Shown here piece by piece: positions 28,606 through 35,914 of a DNA stretch of 42,218 nt. The notes under the pieces were generated by a model, which was not told the DNA's origin, ran no database searches, and saw nothing but the letters and a program-made list of their open reading frames with translations. The DNA is taken from positions 1 to 42,218 of the forward strand of contig JAOTUO010000002.1 of assembly GCA_029863845.1 (NCBI GenBank), written 5' to 3'. Within the stretch, counting starts at the first letter, position 1. The number at the start of each line of letters is the position of its first letter. A program made the translations under genes and the position numbers. This DNA is from Myxococcales bacterium (GTDB lineage Bacteria; Myxococcota_A; UBA9160; SMWR01).

Positions 28606-29541
28606 ATGACGCGACCGGCGCGCTTCGGCGTGACGCTGCCCCAGATCAAACGGGGCTGGCCGGAGGCCCGCGAGGCCGCCCTCGAGTTCGACCGCCTCGG
28701 CTATGACTCGGTGTGGGTCTGCGACCACCTCTACGGGGTCCCGCTCCCCACGCTGCCCATCTTCGAAGCCTGGTCCGAACTGGCCGCGGTGGCGGCGATC
28801 ACCGAGCACGTGCAGCTCGGAACGCTGGTCACGCCGCCCTTCTTCCGCAACCCGGCCGTGCTCGCCAAGCAGATCGCCACGATCGACCACATCTCGAACG
28901 GGCGCACGATCGTCGGGCTCGGCGCGGGCTGGTTCGAGTCCGAGTTCAAGGGCTACGGCTGCACCTTCCCCAGCCTGCGCGAACGCATGCGGGCCCTCGA
29001 CGAGGCCGCCGAGATCCTGAAGCGCATGTGGACACAGGACAAGGTGACCTTCCACGGCCAGCACTTCTCGGTGGAGGACGTGCTGTGCGAGCCCAAGCCG
29101 TTGCGCCGCCCCCCGATCCTCATCGGCGGCGGCGGCGAGCGCGTCCTCATGGGCATCGTCGCGCGCTCTGCCGACATCTGGAACAACCTGGCGGTCTTCC
29201 AGCACCAGCTGGGCGAGAAGGTCGAGGCTCTGCGCCGCCGCTGCGACGACTTCGGGCGCGACTTCGAATCGATCGAGGTCTCGCAGCAGTGCATCGTCGT
29301 GATCGCGGAGGACGAAGCGCGGGCGCGGGCCAGCCTCGAGAAGGCCAAGAAGATCTACGGGGGCCACATGGGCGCCGCGCTGGAGGAGCACGGCATCTGG
29401 GGAGCCCCCGACGCCGTGATCGAGAAGATCGAGCGCCACCGAAAGCTGGGCTGCAGCCTCTTCTGCATCGAGTTCTTCGGGCGCGACACGCGGGTCCCGG
29501 CGCGGCTGTTCGCCGACAAGGTGATGCCCGCGTTCCACTGA
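28606..29541 (+). CDS. luciferase-like (LLM class) flavin/F420-dependent oxidoreductase
   Basis: Inner ATG preceded by GAGGAGGAGAG, in frame with ORF 28348..29541. GYDSVWVCDHL, LGTLVTPPFFRNPAVLAKQIATIDHISNGRTIVGLGAGW and PPILIGGGGE are typical LLM blocks. Confidence 0.85.
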   Translation: MTRPARFGVTLPQIKRGWPEAREAALEFDRLGYDSVWVCDHLYGVPLPTLPIFEAWSELAAVAAITEHVQLGTLVTPPFFRNPAVLAKQIATIDHISNGRTIVGLGAGWFESEFKGYGCTFPSLRERMRALDEAAEILKRMWTQDKVTFHGQHFSVEDVLCEPKPLRRPPILIGGGGERVLMGIVARSADIWNNLAVFQHQLGEKVEALRRRCDDFGRDFESIEVSQQCIVVIAEDEARARASLEKAKKIYGGHMGAALEEHGIWGAPDAVIEKIERHRKLGCSLFCIEFFGRDTRVPARLFADKVMPAFH

Positions 29542-29605
29542 CGCCGCCGCCGCGGAGGCGCAGGCGCTCGCCGCGGCGCGCCACGGCTCCTAGTCTCCCA
29601 CCGCG

Positions 29606-31045
29606 ATGCCGCGACGCGTGGGACTCCTGGCCCTGGCGGCCGCAGGGCTGGCCGCGCTCTGGCTCCTCGGACGCGCCGGCCGGGCCCCGCCGCTCGCGGT
29701 GCCCCCCCAGGGCACCGTCCTCGCCGGGGTGACGCTCGTCCACCCGGGCGCGGGTCGGGAGCCCGAACGCACCCTCAGCGTCCGCGGGGGGCGGATCTAC
29801 CGGATCGAGCCCGCGGGGCCAGGCGCCGGCGGAGGCCCCTACTCCGGAGCCTTCGTCCTGCCGGGCCTGATCGACCTGCACGTGCATCACCCCCCGGCCT
29901 GGGCGCCCGGCGAGCGCGAGCTCTACGCCCTCCTGTTCCTCGCACACGGCGTGACGGCGGTCCGGGAGACCGGGAGCTTCTTCGGAGCGATCGAGCCCCA
30001 CCGGCGACGCATCGCGGCGGGCGAGGTCGCGGGCCCGCGGATCTTCTCGTGCGGCCCCTTCCTCGACGGGGATCCGCCGACGTGGCCGGGCGCTCGCATC
30101 GTCACGGATGCGGCCTCGGCCCGGAAGGCCTTGGCGGAGCTGGCCGAAGCAGGGCTCGACTGCGTCAAGGTCTACAACGGCGTCTCCGAGGCCTCGCTGG
30201 CCGCGATCCACGACGCGGCCGCCGCTCGCAACCTGCCGGTCGTCGCGCACGTGCCCCGGGGCACGGGAATCGAGCAGCTGGGCGGGGCCGAGGTCCAGCA
30301 CCTGATGGGGCTCACGCGATCCTGGCGGGAGGTTTCTCCGGAACGGATCGCCTGGTACGTCGAGACCTCGCGCCGGAACGGAGCGCTCCACACGCCCACG
30401 CTCGTCGCCTTCGCCCAGGGCGCGAAGCTGACCGACGTCGAGAGCCTCCGCGACGAGCCCGCCTCGCGGCTCGTACCCGCCCACTATCGCGAGATCCTCT
30501 GGGATCCCGCCCGCAACCCCCTCGTCCTCGAGCTCTTGCGGGCGAGCGGCGGCCCCTGGGCTCCCCGCGTCGCCACGATGCAGGCCACCGTGCGCGCGCT
30601 TCACGCCGCCGGCGTTCCGGTGCTCGCCGGCAGCGACACCGGCAATCCCTTCGTCGTTCCCGGAGCGAGCCTCCAGGCGGAGCTCGGTCATCTGGTCGAC
30701 GCGGGCCTGTCCCCCGAAGAGGCCTGGCTCGCGGCCACGCGCCAGGCCGCAGCGGCCCTGGGGCGTCCGGCCCTGGGCCGCCTCGCGCCGGGGGCGCCGG
30801 CCGACCTCCTGGTGTTCCGGGACGACCCGACGCGCGACCTGGCCGCGCTCGCGACCCTGGAGGCCGTCGTCGCCGGAGGGCGGCTCTATCCGAAGCAGGC
30901 GCTCGACGCCGCGCTGGCGCGGCAGCGCACCGACTTCGACGGCCCGGTGCGCGCGACGCTCTCGCGCTGGGGCGCGCGCCTGCTGGTGGCCGCCATGGAG
31001 CTACGGCGGGCCTGGGTCGTCGCCCGGCAGCCGGCGCGCGAGTAG
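29606..31045 (+). CDS. amidohydrolase family protein with N-terminal signal/anchor
   Basis: 479 aa. Metal-binding LIDLHVHH (HxH), later GSDTGNP and APGAPADLLVF blocks. Hydrophobic N-terminus LLALAAAGLAALWLL. Confidence 0.8.
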   Translation: MPRRVGLLALAAAGLAALWLLGRAGRAPPLAVPPQGTVLAGVTLVHPGAGREPERTLSVRGGRIYRIEPAGPGAGGGPYSGAFVLPGLIDLHVHHPPAWAPGERELYALLFLAHGVTAVRETGSFFGAIEPHRRRIAAGEVAGPRIFSCGPFLDGDPPTWPGARIVTDAASARKALAELAEAGLDCVKVYNGVSEASLAAIHDAAAARNLPVVAHVPRGTGIEQLGGAEVQHLMGLTRSWREVSPERIAWYVETSRRNGALHTPTLVAFAQGAKLTDVESLRDEPASRLVPAHYREILWDPARNPLVLELLRASGGPWAPRVATMQATVRALHAAGVPVLAGSDTGNPFVVPGASLQAELGHLVDAGLSPEEAWLAATRQAAAALGRPALGRLAPGAPADLLVFRDDPTRDLAALATLEAVVAGGRLYPKQALDAALARQRTDFDGPVRATLSRWGARLLVAAMELRRAWVVARQPARE

Positions 31046-31062
31046 CCGACCCCGAAACGAGC

Positions 31063-31090
31063 GGCGCCCCGGCCGCGAGGCCGGGGCGCC
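31063..31090. terminator. GC-rich hairpin between convergent genes (candidate bidirectional terminator)
   Basis: Perfect 12-bp stem GGCGCCCCGGCC-gcga-GGCCGGGGCGCC. Begins 18 nt after the amidohydrolase stop, and 24 nt separate it from the stop of the 950-aa gene. No U-tract. Confidence 0.5.
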
Positions 31091-31114
31091 GAGTGGTCGA
31101 TCCGATCGGACGGG

Positions 31115-33967
31115 CTAGGCGCCGGTCCGCCGCCGGCGGCGGTGCAGCCACAGGATCGGCGGCAGAACGAGGATCAGCTCGAAGCCGATGCCGCAGCCAA
31201 AGATCGGCGCCGCGGCCTCATCGGGCGTGCAGTTGAGCTTGCCGCCGGCGTCGACGACCCGCTCGAGCTCCCAGGTGCTGATCAGGGTGGGATCGTTCGA
31301 CTTGCCGTCACCCTGGGGCTTGCCGCAGTCCTCGAGACCGTTCAGGTCCGAGTCGGAGCACGACAGGTGGAACTTCGACTCGCCGAGCTTGACCATCGTG
31401 GCGGCGTCGAAGATCTCCCAGACCACGTCGTTCGGCGCGAAGGTGAGGTTCCTATGCATGACCTCGTCCCCGGGCATGACGGTGGCGGTCACCGCGTCCC
31501 CCGTGCTGCCCACGTCGCCCCGCCACTTCTTGACCTTGATGTTCCCGGTGCCCTTCCAGATCATCCCGATCCGGTCATAGGGCTTCTCGCACTCGTAGGG
31601 CCCCGGCGGCGGCAGCGTCACGCTGACCATCGCCTGGTCGTAGTCCGAATCGCACATCTCCCCCCCAGCGAGCTCGGCGTGGGCGTGGGCCGTATTGGTG
31701 AGCGTCAGAGTCTGGTCGTCTAGAGCCCCCAAATCGAGCGTCTGCGTATTGTAGAAGGTCTTCTGTTCACCGATCTCGAGGGTCTCACCGCTCACGATGT
31801 TGCCGGCCTTGTCGTCCTCGACCGCCACGGTGATCTGCGCGCCGTTCGGGTTCGAGACCTTGTACTGGTACTCGACCGCGCCGCCGAGGGAGATGATGCC
31901 GTCGCCTTCGCGTTCCATCGACAACACCGCGAAGTCCCCGAAGCGGTCGCCCAGGTTGAGCGGCTTCGAGCAGGACGTGTGGATCACCAGCGACTGCGTT
32001 TCCGGGGGTCCTTGGCCCGTCGCGTCGAACTCGATCGAAGACGGGAGCTGGCCATCCGGGTCGATGGGCGCGATGGTGACATATCCGCCGAACGACACGG
32101 GGGTGTCCACCGTCAGCTCCGTCACGTCCTTCGTGAGCGTGATGGCGACGCTGTCAGCCGTCAGGTTTTGACCCGTGCAGCTCGCGGCGCCGCCCTGCGG
32201 GTTGCTGACGTCGCAGATCGTGGAGCCGAACGCGTCCTGGAGGTAGACGAGGGTCAGCGACTTGAGCTTGCTCGTGCAGTGCGGCGTCGGCGGCGCCACC
32301 GGCACCTCGCAGGCGTCGGCGAAGGGCGACGCGGGCGGAGCCGGATCGCACTCCACCTCCAGGCCGTCCTTCGTGCTGAATCCGATCAGCGTCAGGCTTC
32401 CGAACACGTCGCCGCAGGCGAGCGGCTGCGAGCAGGAAGTGTGGATGCTGATCGACTGCTCCACGCTGTTGTCGTCGGTGATCAGCAGCTTCACGTTCGG
32501 GTGGAAGTCCTTCCGACCCGTCGCCGACAGACGGAAGGTGTCGCCCGCTGCGATGTTGGAGGCCGGCTCGACTCTGATCCGGTCCGGCTGCTTCCCGACG
32601 TAGGTGACGGCCACGGGCAAGTTCGCGTCCGAGGCATCCCCGTTGCACGAGGCGGTCCCGCCCTGCGGGTTGGCCAGCGGATCCTGGCAATCCGAGGGGT
32701 TGAAGCGGAAGACCGCCTCGGTGAGCTTGCTGTCACACGGGGTCCCCGTCGGCGCGGGCGGCGCCACGCAGCGCGTCGCCGTCTGGGGCGCCTCGGGATC
32801 GGTGCAGACCACCGTCCCGCCCAGCTCCGACTCGAACTCCACGAGCTTCAGGCTGCCGAACTGGTCGCCGCAGCGCAGCGCCCGGGAGCAGGAGACGTGG
32901 ACTTCCAGGTTCTGGGTCAAGGTGTCTGGGTCCTCGCGGGTGACGAGCAGCTTCAGCTGGTTCACGAGCGTGGGGCCGGAGATGCTCACGATCTCGAACG
33001 TGTCGCCCACGGCGAGGCCGGTGCTCGGCGTCGCCGACATCTTGTCGCCGTCCTTGCGGAAAGCGACCGACACGGTGTCGCCGGTTACCGGGTCGTCGTC
33101 CAGGATGGGGTTCGGGCCGCTGCACTTGGCCTCGCCGCCCTGCGTGTTGGTCGTATCCTCGCAGTCCCCGCCGACCACCTCGAACACAGCGCGAATGGCC
33201 TTGCCGTCGCAGATGCTTCCGTTCACGAGGGCGGGCTGCGGAACGCAGCAGGTCTTTTCGATCGCGACACTGCACGTCGGTTCATTGATCATGATCGCTG
33301 CCGCCGGGCCGCTCACGACCTTCTTCTGGATCTTGCCGCTGGTGTTGCCCGCCCCGCAGTTCGTGGCGAGATCGTTGTCGAGCTGAAGAATGGCCTTGGT
33401 CGCATTGGGCACCTGCGAGACCACGTCGACCGTCATCGTCCCATTCCAGAGATTGGTCCCGAAATGTCCCGGAAGGCTGAAGGTGCTCGTCGGAACGAAG
33501 GTCCCCGAGAAGGGGATGACGACGGGAGCGATCGGCCCGCCCGTGTCCTCGATTACGGTCAAGAAGCCAGAGAGGCTCGCCGAGGCGTTGGTCGTCGGGT
33601 CGCCGAAGGGGGGAAACTTCGTGAGGGTGACATCGCCGCTCTCGACGAGCGTCACGGTATCGATGGTGTTGGTGCCGTGGGCAAAGATCGTCGTGGTCAG
33701 GAGCGACGAGGTGGTGTCGATGCTGCCCACAGCGCAGCTCGAGATGAAGGCGGGCGGGAAAAACTGGAGCTGGAGCAGGTCGCCCTGCTGACTCTCAATC
33801 ACCGTCGGCGTTCCCCAGAGAACCGCCGGGTCCCCAGCCGTCTGGGTGGTCTCGGTCACCTGTAGGAAATCGACGCTGGTTCCCAGGAAATCGCCGTAGT
33901 TCACCTGGGCGAGGGCCGGTGCCGCAGCCGCCAGGAGCATCAGTGTCACGATTGCAGCTCTACGCAC
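31115..33967 (-). CDS. 950-aa secreted Cys-rich multi-module surface protein with GC-TM-Arg-rich C-terminal sorting-type signal
   Basis: GTG start preceded by GGAGGG. Signal peptide MRRAAIVTLMLLAAAAPALA. Residues ~21-230 are paralogous to the neighbouring PEP-CTERM protein. Three full and one degenerate ~150-aa Cys-rich modules end in HVSCS/HTSCS/HTSCS/HLSCS motifs. The C-terminus is FGCGIGFELILVLPPILWLHRRRRRTGA. Confidence 0.85.
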   Translation of the reverse strand: MRRAAIVTLMLLAAAAPALAQVNYGDFLGTSVDFLQVTETTQTAGDPAVLWGTPTVIESQQGDLLQLQFFPPAFISSCAVGSIDTTSSLLTTTIFAHGTNTIDTVTLVESGDVTLTKFPPFGDPTTNASASLSGFLTVIEDTGGPIAPVVIPFSGTFVPTSTFSLPGHFGTNLWNGTMTVDVVSQVPNATKAILQLDNDLATNCGAGNTSGKIQKKVVSGPAAAIMINEPTCSVAIEKTCCVPQPALVNGSICDGKAIRAVFEVVGGDCEDTTNTQGGEAKCSGPNPILDDDPVTGDTVSVAFRKDGDKMSATPSTGLAVGDTFEIVSISGPTLVNQLKLLVTREDPDTLTQNLEVHVSCSRALRCGDQFGSLKLVEFESELGGTVVCTDPEAPQTATRCVAPPAPTGTPCDSKLTEAVFRFNPSDCQDPLANPQGGTASCNGDASDANLPVAVTYVGKQPDRIRVEPASNIAAGDTFRLSATGRKDFHPNVKLLITDDNSVEQSISIHTSCSQPLACGDVFGSLTLIGFSTKDGLEVECDPAPPASPFADACEVPVAPPTPHCTSKLKSLTLVYLQDAFGSTICDVSNPQGGAASCTGQNLTADSVAITLTKDVTELTVDTPVSFGGYVTIAPIDPDGQLPSSIEFDATGQGPPETQSLVIHTSCSKPLNLGDRFGDFAVLSMEREGDGIISLGGAVEYQYKVSNPNGAQITVAVEDDKAGNIVSGETLEIGEQKTFYNTQTLDLGALDDQTLTLTNTAHAHAELAGGEMCDSDYDQAMVSVTLPPPGPYECEKPYDRIGMIWKGTGNIKVKKWRGDVGSTGDAVTATVMPGDEVMHRNLTFAPNDVVWEIFDAATMVKLGESKFHLSCSDSDLNGLEDCGKPQGDGKSNDPTLISTWELERVVDAGGKLNCTPDEAAAPIFGCGIGFELILVLPPILWLHRRRRRTGA

Positions 33968-34194
33968 GCGTTATGCCCTCCTGCCCCGAAACCCCTCTCG
34001 GGCGAGTATCTGGAGATGCCACTTCCTCCCCTAGAGAGGTGCCCGCGCCGGCAACAAAGTGGCAAGGATTACCGTGAAGATGAAACGAGATTCCGATCCG
34101 GGCCGGCGACCTGCCGGCGCCAATGCGCGTCCTCCGGGCGAAATCGCAATCATCTCGGGAGGTTAAGCTCGATCTGCGCCCCCAGGGCACGGGC

Positions 34195-34959
34195 CTAGCC
34201 CCGCCTGGAGCGCCTCAGCAGACCCATGACCAGCACACCGCCGCACAGCAGGGCGAGGGTCGCGGGCTCGGGGATGACGGTGATGTTGATCGGACCGCCA
34301 ACCTTCTTCTGGATCTTCGCCGTCGTCCCGGCCTCGCTGAAGGCCGTCAAGTCGTTATCGAACGACAACTGGACCTTCGTCGCGTTCGGAACCACGGAGG
34401 CGACGTCCACAAGGGTGCTGCCCGACCAGAGCGTCGTGCCGAGATCCCCAGGAAGCGCCGTGAGATTCGACGGGGTGAAGGTTCCCAGGAAACCGATGAC
34501 CGTTGGGGTGACCGGTGCACCGAGGACCTCTAGCACCGTCACGAAGCCGGCCATGCTCACGAAGGTGCCCGTCGCCGCCGTGCCGATCCCCGTGAGGACG
34601 ACATCGCCGAACTCCGTGATCAGGATTTGATCGATCGTCATGACGCTGGTGGTCGTGATCTCCGCCTGAAGCTGTGAGCCGGTCTGGTCGAAACTGCCTC
34701 CAGCCGCGATAGCGCTGAAGTTGGCCGGGAAGAAGGTCAGCGTGTTGCCGGCCACGGCCGTGGGGCCCGAGCAGAAGAGGGGCTCCGGGTCGCCGAAGCT
34801 GGACGCCTCCTGCACCTGGAGGAAGTCGACGTCGGTCCCGTTGAAGGTACCGGTGCCGCAGGTGGTGAGGGCGAGGGCCGACGGCGCGATCACGTGGACC
34901 AGACCGACGCCCAGGAGGCCCCACAGCGCGACGGCAACGAATCTTCCCATCATCTGCAT
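34195..34959 (-). CDS. PEP-CTERM sorting-domain protein, paralogous to the N-terminal domain of the 950-aa protein
   Basis: Inner ATG of ORF 34195..35247, in frame. MQMMGRF gives three candidate ATGs; 34953 has the best spacing from GAGG. Signal peptide. The C-terminus VIPEPATLALLCGGVLVMGLLRRSRRG is a textbook PEP-CTERM (PEP, TM helix, Arg cluster). Confidence 0.85.
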   Translation of the reverse strand: MQMMGRFVAVALWGLLGVGLVHVIAPSALALTTCGTGTFNGTDVDFLQVQEASSFGDPEPLFCSGPTAVAGNTLTFFPANFSAIAAGGSFDQTGSQLQAEITTTSVMTIDQILITEFGDVVLTGIGTAATGTFVSMAGFVTVLEVLGAPVTPTVIGFLGTFTPSNLTALPGDLGTTLWSGSTLVDVASVVPNATKVQLSFDNDLTAFSEAGTTAKIQKKVGGPINITVIPEPATLALLCGGVLVMGLLRRSRRG

Positions 34960-35053
34960 CCTCAGCTGGCGGTTTCTAGTCAGCACGGACACCTCTCTTC
35001 TACCAAACCTCGAGGGAGGTGAGGATCCAGACCAAGCGCCCGACCGGACGAGT

Positions 35054-35069
35054 AGCAAGATCCGTTCCA
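35054..35069 (-). promoter_or_regulatory. candidate sigma-54 (-24/-12) promoter of the PEP-CTERM gene
   Basis: The minus strand reads TGGAACGGATCTTGCT, against the consensus TGGCACG-N4-TTGCW. GG and GC are correctly spaced, with one mismatch in the -24 box. Lies about 95 nt upstream of the first ATG. Confidence 0.6.
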
Positions 35070-35142
35070 CCCGGATCGCCGCGAGCCGGATATGTAAGTA
35101 TCTGTTAATAAAACTGTTTTTACAGGGCTTTCGCCGCCGCCC

Positions 35143-35200
35143 CCGAGGGAACAAGAAAGCATTTTCCCACCGAGGGAAAAACGGAAGAAGTTTTCCTCCC
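35143..35200. promoter_or_regulatory. tandem repeat units, candidate enhancer (UAS) for a sigma-54 activator
   Basis: CCGAGGGAA occurs twice, 27 bp apart (35143 and 35170). Each unit holds an inverted repeat of GGGAA/TTCCC type (GGGAA-N12-TTCCC; GGAAAA-N10-TTTTCC). An AT-rich block at 35088-35126 lies between these units and the -24/-12 element. Confidence 0.35.
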
Positions 35201-35217
35201 GACCCCCGTGGGGTCGG
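35199..35217 (-). terminator. hairpin downstream of the ChaC-family gene
   Basis: CCGACCCC-cgt-GGGGTCGG, an 8-bp perfect stem about 85 nt after the ChaC stop. No U-tract. Confidence 0.3.
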
Positions 35218-35301
35218 CTCTCCGCCAGCCCCCGGGCAGGCCCCCAACGGCCCCGGCCCGACCGGCGGGAAGACGCGCCCCGCCTTTCTCGGGAAGCGGG
35301 A

Positions 35302-35844
35302 TCACGCGCCGCACGCTTCCGGACCGACCCGATCCGCCACCTCGAAGACGTGGGCGTCGTGGGCGCGGAGCGCCCGCAGCGCCGCGGCCAGCCGCAGCAC
35401 GTACTCGCGGTTGGAGCCGCTGGGCCCCGCCGACCGGCGCACCTGGGCCGCGATCTCGGCGAGCGGGGCGGGGCCCAGGTAGTTCGGGTTGCCCGCGCCC
35501 GCCACGTAGACGAGCGCGCGCACCGGCGCGTGGGCGGGGTCGCGAAAGCCCAGCGGGACCTCGTGCCGCTCGAAGCCGCCCCGCTCGCGGCGGTCGAGCG
35601 TCTCGAGAACGGCGTCGCGGTCGCGCGGATCGACGCGGTAGGCGACGCCCCAGCACCGGGCGCGTGGCTCGGTCACCAGCGTGACCACGCGGCCGGGCGC
35701 CTCGGGCAGCCCGCGGTGATCCGTCGAGCCCTGCCAGAAGCGGCGCGACCAGCCCTCGACGTAGCCGGGCCGGCGCTCGACGTGGGGAAACGCCGGCCTC
35801 CACACGAGCGATCCGTAGCCGAAGATCCACAGCGCTCGCGTCAA
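35302..35844 (-). CDS. chaC: ChaC-family gamma-glutamylcyclotransferase
   Basis: The C-terminal 180 codons of ORF 35302..36222 carry WIFGYGSLVWRP (the YGSL motif) and the ChaC-like GYVEGWSRRFWQGSTDHRG. The start is set at in-frame TTG 35844 and is uncertain. The upstream part of the ORF is antisense to the SDR gene. Confidence 0.7.
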   Translation of the reverse strand: MTRALWIFGYGSLVWRPAFPHVERRPGYVEGWSRRFWQGSTDHRGLPEAPGRVVTLVTEPRARCWGVAYRVDPRDRDAVLETLDRRERGGFERHEVPLGFRDPAHAPVRALVYVAGAGNPNYLGPAPLAEIAAQVRRSAGPSGSNREYVLRLAAALRALRAHDAHVFEVADRVGPEACGA

Positions 35845-35914
35845 GCGCGGAACGCCTCGCAGCGCGGGCGCGGGGCCATGCGCGAATCCTAGCCGAGACC
35901 CGACTGCTAGCCTG

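Noticed and set aside
31115-33967. Diversity-generating retroelement or phase-variable repeats in the Cys-rich protein
   Set aside because: There is no reverse transcriptase, no template-repeat/variable-repeat pair and no near-identical DNA repeats. The modules are diverged at both DNA and protein level, and no homopolymeric tracts are present.
33968-34194. Separate sigma-54 promoter for the 950-aa gene
   Set aside because: Candidate TTGC-containing stretches on the minus strand (for example TTGCCACTTTGTTGCC) lack the GG-N10-GC spacing. Only a GGAGGG ribosome-binding site is clear.
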